A stretch of 64,000 bases of DNA from Isurus oxyrinchus (taxonomy: Eukaryota). Both the position numbers and the translations under genes were made by a program. The notes below the pieces were generated by a model, which saw only the letters and a list, made by a program, of their open reading frames with translations, did no database searches and was not told where the DNA came from. Location: positions 37,758,001-37,822,000 of the forward strand of contig JANJGN010000026.1 in the NCBI GenBank assembly GCA_026770705.1, given 5' to 3'. Positions 1 through 12,502 of the stretch are shown one piece after another. Within the stretch, counting starts at the first letter, position 1. The number at the start of each line of letters is the position of its first letter.

Positions 1-420
1 GAGATGGGGTTAAAGATTTTTTTTTATGGAATGGGTGATGATGGTGGATTAAAAGATAGAGGGATAGTACCAGGAGAGAGCGAGAGTTGAATGTCAGCAG
101 CTTAGTGGGAATAGGGTCAGTAGAGCAGAAAGTGGGTCTCATGGATAAGATGAGCACTGAAGGGAATGAGGGAGAGATAGAAGAGAAACTGGGGAAAGAT
201 GCGAGTTCAGGACTTGGACAAGGAAGAGCTTTAAAGACAGTTTTGCCCGATGGACCAGTGGAAGGGAGGGAAGCAGCAGAGTCAGCAGATGGGATTGTCT
301 CAATCTTAGTGACAAGGAAGCTCCATGAGCTCCTCACACTTGTTGGGGTGAGTATGGAGAAGAGAGAGGAGAGGGACAGCCCTTCAAAAGGAACTTGGTG
401 AGTTAGAGAGATTAAAAAGA
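1..420 (-). mobile_element. LINE (L2-like) internal fragment, decayed
   Basis: Purine-rich text resembling the antisense of L2-type ORF2; no intact ORF. Family recalled, not searched. Confidence 0.4.
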
Positions 421-580
421 TTCACCTCACTGTGTACTTTACACAAAACTAATCTTTTTTAAATTTCAACAATACTAAAACCTACAACTGGTTTGGAGTT
501 TACTAATATCAGCAGAAACAGACCCCAAAGAACATGGTTCAGTCCTGAATGTGATGAACAGCTAAATCCAATCACTGTAG

Positions 581-1450
581 TTACTTGTGAACTTGCTGGT
601 GTCTCATCAGGATGGATGACCGAGTGAATCTCTTCCCACACTCGGAGCAGGTGAATGGTCTCTCCCCAGTGTGAACTCGCTGGTGTACAGTGAGTTCAGA
701 TGATTGCCTGAACCCAGTCCCACAGTGGGAGCACCTGAACGGTCTCTCGTCAGTGTGAACACGTTGATGAAACATTAGTTCCCAGAACCTTTTGTAGCAT
801 TTCCCACATTCTGGACAATTAAAAGGTCTCTCATCAGTGTGAACACGCTGATGGGACATCAGATCCCCAGAACTTTTAAAGCACTTCCCACAGTCTGGGC
901 ATTTAAAAGGTCTCTTGTCAGTGTGAACTCGCTGGTGTCTCAACAGGTTGGATGCATCAGTGAATCCTATCCCACATGCAGAGCAGGTGAATGGCCTCTC
1001 TCCTGTGTGAACTCGCTGATGTTTCAGCAGGTTGGATGAATCAGTGAATCCTTTCTCACATGCAGAGCAGATGAATGGCCTCTCTCCAGTGTGAACTCGC
1101 TGGTGTCTCAGCAGGGACGATAAATGAGTGAATCCCTTCCCACACTCAGAGCAGGTGAACGGTCTCTCCCCAGTGTGAACGCGCTGGTGTGTCAGCAAGT
1201 TTGCTGACCAAATGAATCCCTTCCCACATATGGAGCAGATGAATGGCTTCTCCCCAGTGTGAGTGCGTTGATGAGTATCCAACTCAGAAGGGGATCTGAA
1301 TCCCTTCCCACAGTCTCCACATTTCCATGGTTTCTCCCCTGCATGACTGCACTTGTGTTTCGACAGGCCAGATGATCGGCTGAAGCCTCGTCCACACACA
1401 GGACACGTGTGCGGTTTCTCACTGCTGTGAATGGTGCTTTCTCCTTCCAT
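581..1450 (-). CDS. C2H2 zinc-finger protein, 10 tandem fingers (shark multicopy ZNF family)
   Basis: ORF from ATG at 1450 (MEGESTIHS...). Ten CxxC-x12-HxxxH fingers with TGEKP/TGERP/TDERP linkers. Splice acceptor ttgacag| at ~1560; in-frame TAA at 1475-1477 upstream of the ATG. Confidence 0.92.
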   Translation of the reverse strand: MEGESTIHSSEKPHTCPVCGRGFSRSSGLSKHKCSHAGEKPWKCGDCGKGFRSPSELDTHQRTHTGEKPFICSICGKGFIWSANLLTHQRVHTGERPFTCSECGKGFTHLSSLLRHQRVHTGERPFICSACEKGFTDSSNLLKHQRVHTGERPFTCSACGIGFTDASNLLRHQRVHTDKRPFKCPDCGKCFKSSGDLMSHQRVHTDERPFNCPECGKCYKRFWELMFHQRVHTDERPFRCSHCGTGFRQSSELTVHQRVHTGERPFTCSECGKRFTRSSILMRHQQVHK

Positions 1451-1994
1451 GTTCAAAATCCGATGATATTCAGGTTACGATAAATTGGGTGACTCTGTCA
1501 GATCCTGATGTGATGCTTGGTTTGAGTTTCCGGACTCGAAATCCTCCCCTTCTAAAAACCTGTCAAAATATTTTAAAATAGAAAAAAATGAGAGAGACCC
1601 CACAAAAACACAAAGACAGGTTGTGAAATTGAGCTGAATGAATCTGCTGATTTGTGGGGCCGACACTAGGAAAAAGTGACCATGAAAATTGCTGGACTGT
1701 CGTAAAACCCCAACTGGTTCACTAATGTGCTTCAGGGAAGGAAACATGCCACCCAGTCTGGTCCTATACAAGACTCTGGAATATGGGGGGAGAAGAGTGA
1801 AAGAGGCCTGGGAGCAGAAGCAGAGAACGAGAGGAATATTATTTATATTTGTGCAAATCGACCAGAACTTTGACAGAATCTCATGAATCCTCAATCTCCA
1901 CCACCTAGAAGGACCAGGGTAGCGGGTGTATGTGAACACCATCACCTCCAGGTTCTCCTCCAAGTCACACACCATCCTGACCTGCCCAACACCC

Positions 1995-2455
1995 AGCACT
2001 GGATGAGGAGAATTTTCCTCTGTTTAAATATTGAGAAGGCTGAAGCCGTTGACTTCAGTCCCCAGTACAAACTTCACTCCCTAGGCACCGACTCCAACCC
2101 CCTCCCTGTCAACTGCCTGAGGCTGAAAAAGATTGTTCAAAACAATGGTGTCATATTTGACTCCAAGGCAAGCTCCACCCACATACCTGCATCATCATGA
2201 AGACTGGATTCCACCTTACTAACATCGCCAGACTCCACCCCAGTCTCAGCTCATCTGCTGCTGAAACCATCATCCATTCCTTTGTTCCCTCTGAGATGTC
2301 TGCACTCTACTTCTGACTTACTGACAATTCCTGATTTCATTTGCTCCACATTTGGTACCTATAGCTGCCAAGGCCATAAACTCTGGGTTTTCATTACTAA
2401 TCCTGTCTGCCTCTCTATCTTCCTTTCCTCCTTTAAGATACTCCTTTAAAAAGAC
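1995..2455 (+). mobile_element. L2-like LINE 3' fragment
   Basis: Translation WMRRIFLCLNIEKAEAVDFSP...VQNNGVIFDS resembles L2 RT C-terminus (WM..N.LQLN..KTE...V.NLGV.FD). Confidence 0.65.
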
Positions 2456-2699
2456 CTTTGCTTCCGGTACCCCATGAGTTCATAGAAGCAATCACTATCA
2501 GTCCAGGATGGAAATTCAGAGGAGACAAATATTTTCTTGCTTTGAGTTTGCTGTGCATAAATCCTCCCCTTCTAACCCCCTGTAAAAGGAGTTTCCAAAA
2601 TCCATCCCAGCATAGAAATTCACAGCATTCTCTCCTCCTTCCTGGTCCAGGATGACCTCACATGTGTCCTCTGCACATTGTCCCTCATTGTCATCAGCA

Positions 2700-3005
2700 A
2701 TCCCTCGATTAGAGGGTGATGTCTACTCAGGGTTGTGAGTTTCTGCCATTGGTCTTCATGTGACTGAACAGACACACAGATCTTTGGACACATGGGGCAG
2801 GTCATCTATGAGGTAGTGAGATCAGGAGAGCAGGATTTTCTTCCTTTGCTTGCCTTCTCTGCTGCTGCTTTGCCTCATCAATAAGACATTATTGATCAGC
2901 TCAAAGGTTAATACAGCTTGATGGACAAGTTGTCATCATTTTGAACAATGGGTAACAAGCTCCTCCCAGTCATTAAAACATTGGCCCCTACAAAGATGCT
3001 GGTCA
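2700..3005 (-). mobile_element. RTE-clade LINE 3' end fragment
   Basis: Encodes CPMCPKIC...SH C-terminal motif; homologous to 8860-9170. Confidence 0.55.
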
Positions 3006-3009
3006 TGCA

Positions 3010-3335
3010 CGTGGCCATTGTGGTGACATAGTGGCATTGTGATGTACTCGTATTCAAGAGACCCAGGGTAATGCTCTGGGGATGTGGGTTCAATCCCCAC
3101 CACAGCAGATGGTGAAATTTGAATTCAATAAAAATCTGGAATTAAAAGTCTAAAGATGACGATGAAACCATTGTCGATTGTTATAAAAATCCTTACCTGG
3201 TCTGGCCTATCTGTGACCCCAGAGCCTACAGCAATGTGATGATTCTTAACTGCCCTCTGAACAAGGACACTTAGGAATGGCCAGTAATTGCTGGCCCCGC
3301 CACCAACACCCACATCCCAGGAATGAATAAAAAAT
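3010..3335 (+). mobile_element. tRNA-head SINE (SacSINE1-like shark SINE)
   Basis: A/B-box-like head (catagtgg...gggttcaatccc), conserved body aaatctggaattaaaagtctaa...ccttacctggtctggccta, A-rich tail; several homologous copies in this window. Confidence 0.7.
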
Positions 3336-3449
3336 GATGGGGCCTTTAGCCTGAGCCGAACACGGCTGCGGGTTTACACAACATGTCTCTGTCCATCGCT
3401 CCCTCTGCCCCGCCAACCCCTCTGCCTTCACCCATTGTGGACCCCCATT

Positions 3450-3560
3450 ATCCGCACTGCGCATGCTTCAGTCAGTCCCGCCTCCTCATTGGTTGCAGGG
3501 CCAGCCTCTCGCGTGCACGTGTCCCCCAGTCCCGCCCCCTTTTCCTATTGGTTTGGAGCA
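3450..3560 (-). promoter_or_regulatory. CpG-rich promoter of the zinc-finger gene (CCAAT, GC boxes, NRF1-like)
   Basis: Minus strand CCAAT-GGGGCGGG-CACGTG-CCAAT-GGCGGG-GCATGCGCA; homologous to 7746-7832. Confidence 0.6.
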
Positions 3561-3695
3561 ATTGTGACGGTTTCAGACGCTGAGAGCGGCCACAGACTCA
3601 GCCTGACTTGCTGATTCTTGACAGCATTTTCTGTTTGGGAATTAGAGCTAGAGATGGATGGTCAGTTCCCCTCTGTCCGGGGGGGATTCACACTC

Positions 3696-3766
3696 ATTTC
3701 CCCAGTGCAGTGATTATCACATTTACTTTACATGAGAGAGTCCCCGGTTCAATCCCGGCCGAAACT
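3696..3766 (+). pseudogene. tRNA-Val(TAC)-derived pseudogene
   Basis: tttccccagtgcagtgattatcac...tttaca...gtccccggttcaatcccggccgaaac aligns to vertebrate tRNA-Val; stems disrupted. Confidence 0.65.
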
Positions 3767-3839
3767 TTGTGTTTAAAATTATTACCAATGAGGAATTAAC
3801 AGTGAGTTTAGTTTTATGTCGAACAGGGTGACAATTACT

Positions 3840-4290
3840 AAAACAAAAACAAAAATACCTGGAAAAACTCAGCAGGTCTGGCAGCATTTGTGGAGAGGAG
3901 CACAGTTAATGGTTCGAGTCCGAATGACCCTTCAAGACAATTACTGCTGTCTCATTCTTTAAAAGCTCTTCTTCACCTTTATACAGGTAACGATAAGTGA
4001 GAGAATGTACAGTGACCCCAAAAAAAGATACTGCAGATGCTAGAAATCCAACCTCAAAACAGAAAATGTTGGAAACACTCAGCAGGTCAAACAGTATCTA
4101 TGGAGAGGTAAACAGATTGAATGTTTCACATCGGTGACCCTTTATCCAAACAGGAAAGAGTGAAAGATTTAATACTTTTCCAGAAAATATAGGGTCAGGT
4201 AAAAGAGAGGGGGAGAGGAGAAAAGAACAAACGGTCTGCGATAGGATGGAAGACTGAGTAAATGATCAAGGGGATGATGATTCAAAGCAA
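3840..4290 (-). mobile_element. Two Penelope-like terminal-repeat (pLTR) fragments
   Basis: ggaaaaactcagcaggtctggcagcat motif shared with the 3' ends of the GIY-YIG-bearing elements at 16990-17870 and 61450-62760. Confidence 0.6.
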
Positions 4291-4339
4291 AATTGAAGAC
4301 TGCGGTTGAGTACAATTCTGCTGCTGCTGATGGCTCACA

Positions 4340-5270
4340 GCACCTCATGGTTGCATGATCTGTTTGAGATCTAGGGTTGTAGTACCAGACAACACAATGG
4401 AGGGTATCCTCAATGTGAAGAGGAGACTTTGTCTCCACAAGAACTATGGTTCCGTGAATATGAGTATGTCAGGTTGTTGCTTAACTCCTCTGTGAGACAG
4501 CTCTCTCATTCTTGGCACCAGCCTGCAGATGTTAGTATGGAGGACTTCATTGGGTTGACAGGGCTGAGTTTGCCTTTGTTGCTTCTGGTGCCTGGGCCGA
4601 TGCTGAGTGGTCTGGTTTCATTTCTTAATCATTTTCCGGTCGTGGTTTGATACAACTGAGGGCATTTCAGAGTCAACCACATTCTTGTGAGTCTGGAGTC
4701 ACACGTAGGCCAGACCAGGTAAGGATGGCAGATTTCCTCCCCTAAAGGACATTAGTGAACTAGATGGGCTTTTACGACTATCGACAATGGTTTTGTTGCC
4801 AACATTAGACTTTTCATTGAAATTTAATTCCACCATCTGTCTTGTAAACTTTTTTTTTCACTCATGGGCTTCGCTGGCTGGGCCAGCGTTTATTCCCCAT
4901 TCCTAGTTTCCCTTGAGAAGATGGGGTGAGCTGCCTTCTTGAACCACTGCAGTCCATGTGGTGTAGGTACACCCACAGTGCTGTTACGTAGGGAGTTCCA
5001 GGATTTTGACCCAGTGACAGTGAAGAAATGGCAATATATTTCCAAGTCAGGATGGTGAGTTACTTGGAGGGGAACCTCCAGGTGGTGGTGTTCCCATCTA
5101 TCTGCTGCCCTTGTCCTTCTAGGTAGTTGTGGGTTTGGAAGGTGCTGTGTAACGTGTCTTGGTGAAAGCCTGATGTTGTGTCAGGATTTGAACCTGGGTC
5201 CCTCAAGCATTACCCTGATCTCTGGATTACTTGTCCAGTGACAATACCACTATGCCAATGTCTCCCCAAT
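4340..5270 (-). mobile_element. Nested LINE and SINE fragments
   Basis: SINE body (ccagaccaggtaaggatggcagatttcc) and LINE 3' tail (ccttgagaag...gagctgccttcttgaac) in antisense. Confidence 0.55.
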
Positions 5271-5419
5271 AACTGAAACCATTGTCTTCAGTCCCTTCTC
5301 CACTCCACAGCCACTGACTCCATCATCTCCCCAGCAACTGTCTGAGGCTGAACCAGACTTTTCACAACATTGGTGTCATGTTTCACCCCAAACTGACCTT
5401 CAAACCACATCTGCATCAT

Positions 5420-6620
5420 GTGAACATGCAAAATAGGAAAATACGTAGGTTATTCAGCCCCTCAGGGCCACTCCGCCATTCAATATAATCATGACTGATT
5501 ACTTGCATTTCAAATTCCACCTTCCCATCTACCCCTGAGAAACTTTGATTCCTGTGCCTAACAAGAATCTATCTACCTCTGCCTTAAAAATATTTAATGA
5601 CTCCACCACCACTGACTTCTGAGACAGGGAGTTCCAGAGTCCTCAGAGAAAAAAAATTCTCCTCATCTCTGTCCTAAAAGGGCGACTCCTAATTTCACAA
5701 CAATGCCCCTAGTTCTGGACTCACTAACAAGAGGAAACATCCTTTGCATATCCACCTTGTCAAGACCATTCAGAATCTTATATACTTCAATCAAGTCACC
5801 CCTCCCTTTTCTAAACTCCAGTGGAAACAAGCCCAGCCTGTCCAACCTATCCTCAAAAGACAATCCGTTCATCCAGGTATCAATCTAGTAAACCTCCTTT
5901 GAACCAGCTCCAATGCATTTACATCTTTCTTTAAATAAGGGGACCAAAAACTGCACACTGTATTCGATACGTGGTCTCACCAATGCCCTGTATAAGTGAA
6001 GCATAACATCCTTGCTTTGATGTTCAATCCCTCTCGTAATAAAGAAAAGCATTCCCTTAGCCTTCTTAACTACTTGCTATACCTGCATACTAACTTTTTG
6101 TGCCTCATGCACTAGAACACCTAGATCCCTCTGCACCTTGAAATTCTGCAGTCATTCTCCATTTAAGTAACATTCTGCTTTTTTATTCTTCCTGCCAAAG
6201 TGAACAACTTCACATTTTCCAACATTAAACTCCATTTGCCAGATCTCTGCCCAATCAGTCAGCCTATCTATATGCATCTGCAACCTCCTTATGTCCTCTT
6301 CACAACATACATTCCTACATATCTTCATGTCATCTGCAAGTTTAGCTACAATGGCTTCTCTCCCCTCATCTAAGTCATTGATATCAATTGTAAAAAGTTG
6401 ACGTGCCAGCACAGATCCTGTGGGACTCCACGCATCACATCCTGCCAATCAGACAAGACCAATTTATGCATACTCTCTGTTTTCTGCCAGCCAGTCAATA
6501 TTCTATCCATACTAACATGTTACATCCTACACCATGAGCTTTTATTTGTCGCGATAACCTTTGATGTGGCATCTTATCAAATGCCTTCTGGAAATCTAAG
6601 TACAGTATGTCGACAGGCTC
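5420..6620 (-). mobile_element. CR1-group LINE (HER1-like) 3' portion
   Basis: RT remnants GSVL...LFTIDINDLDEG...AKLADD, WQMEFNVGKCEVVHFG, RLDRLGLFPLEFRKGRGDLIEVYKIL; frameshifted. Confidence 0.85.
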
Positions 6621-6639
6621 CCCTTTATCATCACCAAGA

Positions 6640-7150
6640 CTGCCCATTTCCACCTCAGTATCATCCAACTCCATCCTAGTCTCAGTTGCTCTGCAGCTGA
6701 AATTCTTATCTATTCATTTGTTACCTATAGACTTAACTATCCTAACGCAATCCCAGCCGGCCTCCCACATTAAACCTCCTTGTGAGCTTGAGGTCATTCA
6801 AAACTCTGCTGCCCATGTGCTTACTCCACCAAGTCTTGTTCACTCATCACCATCATGGTCTCTGAGGTACAAAGTTTCCAGGCTAAGAAGCACTTAAATT
6901 TTAAATTTATCATTTTTGCTTTCAAATCTCTTCATGTTATCGCTCCTTCCTATTTCTGTGATCTTCTCCAGCCTCATAACCACCAAGATAATTCTTAAAA
7001 CCTATCTCTGACCAAACTTCTGGTCATCTAGTCAAACATCTCCGTCTGTGGGCTCAGTGGCAAAAGTTGCTTCATAAAACTCCTGTGAAACACTTTGGAG
7101 CTTTCTATTACACGAAAGGCACCATATAAACACACATTGTTGTTGTTGAT
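6640..7150 (+). mobile_element. L2-like LINE 3' fragment
   Basis: LEVIQNSAAHVLT motif and L2-type tail ending in gttgttgttg. Confidence 0.6.
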
Positions 7151-7479
7151 TTGGACATGTCACCATTCCTTCATCATCACTGAGTGAAATTCCTGTAACT
7201 CCTTATCTCACAGAAATGTGGTAGCAGTTTACCACACAGACTGCAAAGGTTCAAGGTCAAGCATCATCTTCTTCTCTGGTAACAGTGTTATACAATTCTA
7301 TGACTCAATGATTCTTTACAGACATTCCCTGTTCATCAGCACGTTCCCTTGCTTTTTAAGCACTCCATGCTCAGTCATCATGTCCTTCATTTGCAGACAT
7401 TTCCCGAAATCACCATTTTTAGAGACGCTCCCTAACCTTTATCACTTTCTCTACATTTACAGACGCTTCCTGAATGAGC

Positions 7480-7860
7480 TGACATTGCACATGCGCTGGG
7501 GCCTCGTCGGACTCACTCCAAAGTCAGACCTGAGCGGGAGAAACCGGGGAGTCAGGGATAATGTTTACGGTTTCTAGTCGCGTCCTAAATAGAAAATGTT
7601 GCAGGTTATATTTTGGGTTCTGGATCCGCATTTGGTCTTTGTAAACCCTCCATTTTAAGAGAGCTCGAGCTCTCTTACCGTCCGTTGCCATGGCCTGCAC
7701 ATGCTCAGATCACAATGCCCGAGACTGATTGACGGCAACTCGCGACCAATAGGAAGACGGGGCGGGACTGGAGGACCACGCGAAAGTGGCTGGTCCTCCA
7801 AGCAATTGGAGTGAATGAGGGGCGGGGCTGAGTCCGGATCTCCCTCATTGCCAGAAACTG
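7480..7860 (+). promoter_or_regulatory. Second CpG-rich promoter module (CCAAT/GC boxes, NRF1-like), probable promoter of the + strand ZNF copy
   Basis: ccaataggaagacggggcgggactgg...ggggcggggctga matches the reverse complement of 3472-3555; gcacatgcgc at ~7487. Confidence 0.55.
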
Positions 7861-8859
7861 CATCATTTTGAAAGTTGATTCGTCTCAAACTCCAAGAGAA
7901 AACTGGACCTTTCTGTTTGAGGCTTTAAACAGATGAAACTGTCTACATCTCTGGGTGTGGAGCAAACATTTCAACATTTGCTGCTGAAATGGATTCAGAC
8001 AGGACAGGCAACAGGAATTATTTCGGGAAATGACAGGGCGTAGTGATTGTTTCTCTTTGAATTCATCCCTTGGAGAACAGTGTGAATTAGTGGAAGAATT
8101 CGCAGGCTGCTTAACCCCACTTCCGTGTCTGGAAGCATTTAATTCCAGCCGATTTGTTGTTCCGGCATTAGCCGGGAGAGTTTGATCAGCTCACACAGTG
8201 GGAGAGAACAGCCAGACCCGCCGGATACACCTATCCTGCCTGATGTCAACCCAGAATGAGCTGGAGAGCCGTCTTCACTCACCAGGACTGTCTGCAGAGG
8301 AGTTTCTGGCTCAGAGGCGGGAATGTTTCATTTTTATTAATGACCCTAAATCCCTCAAGTTCCATTGAACCGACAGAGCCTCTTCATTTCCATATCCATT
8401 TCATTGCTTAAATAAAGCCTTGATTTTATGTTTGCAGCTTAATGGGGACACTTGCATAATCTAACCACCTCCGTCCTTGTGAGAGTGCAGAACTACAGAA
8501 GCTGCAGAAGCCACACCATTTGTCTATCCTCTACCAAGCCTCTCCTCAACCCCTCAGAATCAAACTATTCCTATCTTTGTCCAGTATTTTCATTATCCTA
8601 CAATGAAAGGCCTCTGTTTATTATGCATAGTTATTGTGAATCTAATAAAGCTGCTCCAATGGTGATTCTAATTCAGTTTGCATTATGTTTAATCTTGGGC
8701 TATTATGTCTGCCGCTATTTCTGCCTCATCTTCATGTTCAGTCTGGCTTCACTGGAATGAACTTTCTGTGGTCAGAATTCTGTTAAACAACCTGTTCATC
8801 TGTGTGTATTCTCTCAGTCCCCAAGTGCCTGTGTTAGTTGTTGTTTAATACTGCGTCAG

Positions 8860-9170
8860 CAGCCTCTCGATTCAAGGATGATGTCTACTCAGGGTGGTGA
8901 GTTTCTGCCATGGGTCTTCTTGTGACTGAACAGATTGATTCTTGACCTGCAGATATTTGGACTCATGGGGCAGGACATCCATGAAGTATTGGAATCTGGA
9001 GCACAGCATCTGATTCCACTTCTTTGCTGCTGCTGTGCCTCATCATGAAGACACTGTGACTCAAAGTGTGATGCTGCTTGATGGATAAGTTGTCGCCATT
9101 CTGAACAGTTGGTAGAAAGCTCCTCCAGGTCATTAAAGTCAATGCTGTTGCACTTCAAGGTGAACAGGCT
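8860..9170 (-). mobile_element. RTE-clade LINE 3' end fragment
   Basis: EWRQLIHQAASHFE...CPMSPNICRSRINLFSHKKTH, typical RTE C-terminus. Confidence 0.65.
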
Positions 9171-9219
9171 GCAGAAAATAGGTTTGTATTTCATGAAATA
9201 TTGAAGTTTCAGTGGTGAT

Positions 9220-9580
9220 ATGATGCTGTTTTTTTTAAATGATCAATGTGTTTGTGAGGGTAGATACAGGGAAAACATTTGCTCTGCTGGGGAATCGAGA
9301 ACAAGGGGGCAGAATGAAAACGGTAGAACCTGGAGTGAAATCAGGAACGACGTGTTCAGACAATGGTTGTGGGAATCAGGACCAACCTCCCCAAAAAGCT
9401 GTGAATGCTGGGGGTCAATTGAATTTTTCAAGACATGAATAGATTGAATTTTGTTAAGCAAAGATATAAAAGTAATTTGATCAAAGATGGGAAAAGGGGG
9501 TTGTGGTACAGATCAGCATCAATCAAATAGAATGGTGGAGCAGGTTTGAGGGGCTGAATGGCCTGCTTCTGTTCCTATGT
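9220..9580 (+). mobile_element. CR1/HER1-like LINE 3' end
   Basis: GESRTRG motif and tail gaatggtggagcagg...gggctgaatggcct...cctatg. Confidence 0.6.
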
Positions 9581-9929
9581 GCAGCAAGAAAGGGGGCAGT
9601 TTGTAATGTCCGTGTGGGCTGCAGTGTGTTCAGCATCTGACTCTGTGTTGCCTCCTCTCATCCAGCTCTCGGGAGCAGTCACTTTCCTCTCAGATGGAGT
9701 TTAAAGGAAGGACTGCCCCATCTGACACAGGTGTACCTTGAGATTTCAGTGCCATTAACAAGACCTGCAGCGGATATTGCCCATCCCCATTTACCTGTGG
9801 GGAAGATGATGTTTGACCTTCTTGAACCTCTGCAACCCGTGTGAAGGTGCTCCCACAATGTTGTTAGATAGGGAGTTACAGAACGTTTCACCCTGTAGTG
9901 ATGAAGGAACAGTAATATGTATCCAAACC

Positions 9930-10780
9930 AACAATAATTTGTATTTATATAGCATCTTTCATGTAATTATATGTTCCAAAGCATTTTGTAGAAATATTAC
10001 AAAGCAACATTTGACACCGAGCCACATAAGGGCAGGTGACCAAAGGCTTGGTGAAAGAGTAAGGCTAAGGAGTATCTTAAAGGAAGAAAGTGAATAGAGA
10101 TGTGGGCAGGTTTAGGGAGGAAATTTCAGAGCTTGGGGCCTTAGAAACTTAAAGAATGGTAACCAGTGATGGAGTGATTAATTGAGAATGGTCGAGAGAT
10201 CAGGATTAGATCAGCGCAGTGATCCCAAAGGGTTGTGGGCTTGGAGGAGATCACAGAGAAAGGGGTGATTGCAGCCACAGAGGGATTTGAAAACAAGGAT
10301 GAGAATTTTAAAATGTTGATGCTTCTTAAACGTGAGCCTTTTTAGGTCAGCGAGCACAGAGGTGATGAGTGAGCAAGACTTACTGCAAACAAACACATGG
10401 GTAGCAGGGTGTTGCATTACCTCAAGTTTACTGGGGAGGTGAATGTGGGATGTGGCCTGGGGTGCGTTAGGGTAGTTAAGTCTAGAGTTAATAAAGGCAT
10501 AGATGAGAGTTTCAGAATTGGGTGAGCTGAGACTAGGACAGGGTTCGGTGATGTTACAGAAGTGGGAATCGGCAGTCTTTGTGATGATACAGATATGTTT
10601 GAAGCATGACACCAATTTGAGAAGAATCTGGTTCAGCCTCAGACAGTTGCAGCAGAGAGGAGAGGAGCCAGTGGCTAAGGAGTGACGTTTGTATGGGGGA
10701 CTAAAGACAATGGCTTTAATTTTTCCAATATTTAATTGGAGGACATTTCTGTTCACGCGGCACTGGATGCCAGACAAATG
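9930..10780 (-). mobile_element. L2-like LINE 3' portion
   Basis: ORF 10211-10777: LQLNIGKIKAIVF...SETLIYAFINSRLNY...FKILILVFKSL. Confidence 0.8.
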
Positions 10781-10909
10781 AGGATGGTGTGTGCGTTTGC
10801 ATACACCTGTTACCCTGCTCCTTCTAGATGGTGTAGATTCAGGGTTTGGGACGTTCTGTCAAAGTTCTGGTCAAGTTGATATGAAATCCCTCTCTTCCAC
10901 CCCTGCCAC

Positions 10910-10912
10910 TCT

Positions 10913-10951
<39 letters not shown>

Positions 10952-11070
10952 CTCTCTCTCTCTCTATCTCTCTCTCTCCCTCTGAACCTTACCCTCTCAC
11001 GTCATTCTCCCTCTCTCCTTTTGCATATTTCCCTCATTTTCTCTCTCTATTTCCATCTTTATCTCCCCCT
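10910..11070. repeat. (CT)n microsatellite / polypyrimidine tract
   Basis: Direct observation. Confidence 0.9.
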
Positions 11071-11074
11071 CACT

Positions 11075-11505
11075 GGGTATTAGGAGGGGAAGATTTGCAG
11101 TCAGGAAACTCAAACCAAACATCACACTAGGATCTGACTGAGTCGCCCAATTTATCGTAGCCTGAATATCATCAGAGTTTGAACATGGAAGGAAAAAGCA
11201 CCGTTTACAGTGGGGAGAAACTGTACACGTGTCCTGTGTGTGGATGAGGATTCACGGGATCATCTGGCCTGTCGAAATACAAGCGCGGTTACACTGATGA
11301 GAATCTGTGGAAATGTGGGGAATGTGAGGAAGGACTGAGCCACCGATCTTAGCTGGAAACTCACCAATGCAGTCACACTGGTGGTAAGTTATTAACCTGC
11401 TCCATGTGTGGGAAGGGATTCATTCACTCATGCATCCATTGGCTGAGACACCAGCAAGTTCACACTGGGGAGAGGCCATTAACCTGCTCTGAGTGTGGGA
11501 AGGGA
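11075..11505 (+). pseudogene. C2H2 zinc-finger pseudogene, paralogue of 581-1450
   Basis: ATG 11185 MEGKSTVYSGEKLYTCPVCG*GF...; in-frame stops, lost His residues, a frameshift, and truncation in finger 4 (CSECGKG). Confidence 0.88.
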
Positions 11506-12424
11506 AAACATCACAGCAAGTTAACTGTCTGAATGCAATGGGAGAGAAGGGAATTGACTACCAGAAGCCCAAGGGTCCAATGCTTTCCCATCAATCATCA
11601 ATAACATCATTCACAGATTCCATTTCTTAGCTGCACCTCCTTCCAAACATTGTGATCTATTTTCCTCAGGATGTGTTCCTGGATTTAATATTGACCTGCT
11701 TTGTGACCTCGTTCTGATATCAGATTCGCTTCAATCTCCAATACAAATTGAGTAGCAAACCTGACAGACAAACAATGGAAAACAAGTCATCAGTAACACA
11801 AATCCCATGGTGCTCATTTTCAGATGCACAACTGTCAGTTTTTAAATAAAAAGATGGAATTTCACAGTGAAAAGATTTAGAAAGTTGTTGTGTTTATTTG
11901 TGACTCCCTTACTAGGGTATTTTGTAAATGGTGCTCGGAGGCTTAGTGAACGGGATATAATTTACCTGCCTTTCCCTGAGCCTGTGCTCAGTGTATTGGG
12001 AAGTTTAGCCCGTGTTGGAGTATCTTGCATCCCAGGGATGGGCAGTAAGCCGCTGATTGAAGCTACTGTCGCTGCTTTCTGCTGGCAGCGGGTGATTGGA
12101 GAGTGTGGGGCCGGAATATTGCTGCTTCTCCGCACTTCCCTGTCCCACTCACTGTGGAGCTGAAGAAGGGAGAATCACTGATGGGTTTGTTTGAATCTCA
12201 TAACTTCATATCTTTCCAATGGATTAGATATAGGTAATTGGCAGGTCTGATCATTTTCTCTTTACATTTGAAATATTCATAAGAAAGCGACTGTTTGTGT
12301 GGGATCACTGAATAACAGAAACATGTGCCTCGATTGTGGATTATTTTTTTGAAGCCAATATGCACCTTGACAACCCAGAGTTGTGGGGTGATGAATGTGA
12401 TGGGCTGACAAACAGTGAAAGCTT

Positions 12425-12502
12425 CGTCGGCGGGTGGTCTTGCTCGAATCACCAACCTTCCGGTTAACAGCCGAACACGCTGACCAATTGCACCACAGAA
12501 AA
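12425..12502 (-). pseudogene. tRNA-Asn(GTT) pseudogene
   Basis: Minus strand tctgtggtgcaattggtcagcgtgttcggctGTTaaccggaaggttggtgattcgagc is near-identical to vertebrate tRNA-Asn; 3' end altered. Confidence 0.8.

Noticed and set aside
2480-2610. Extra copy of the ZNF acceptor/exon start (acag|ggggttagaaggggaggattt)
   Set aside because: Partial duplicate with no fingers following; at most a UTR exon, which cannot be supported without transcripts.
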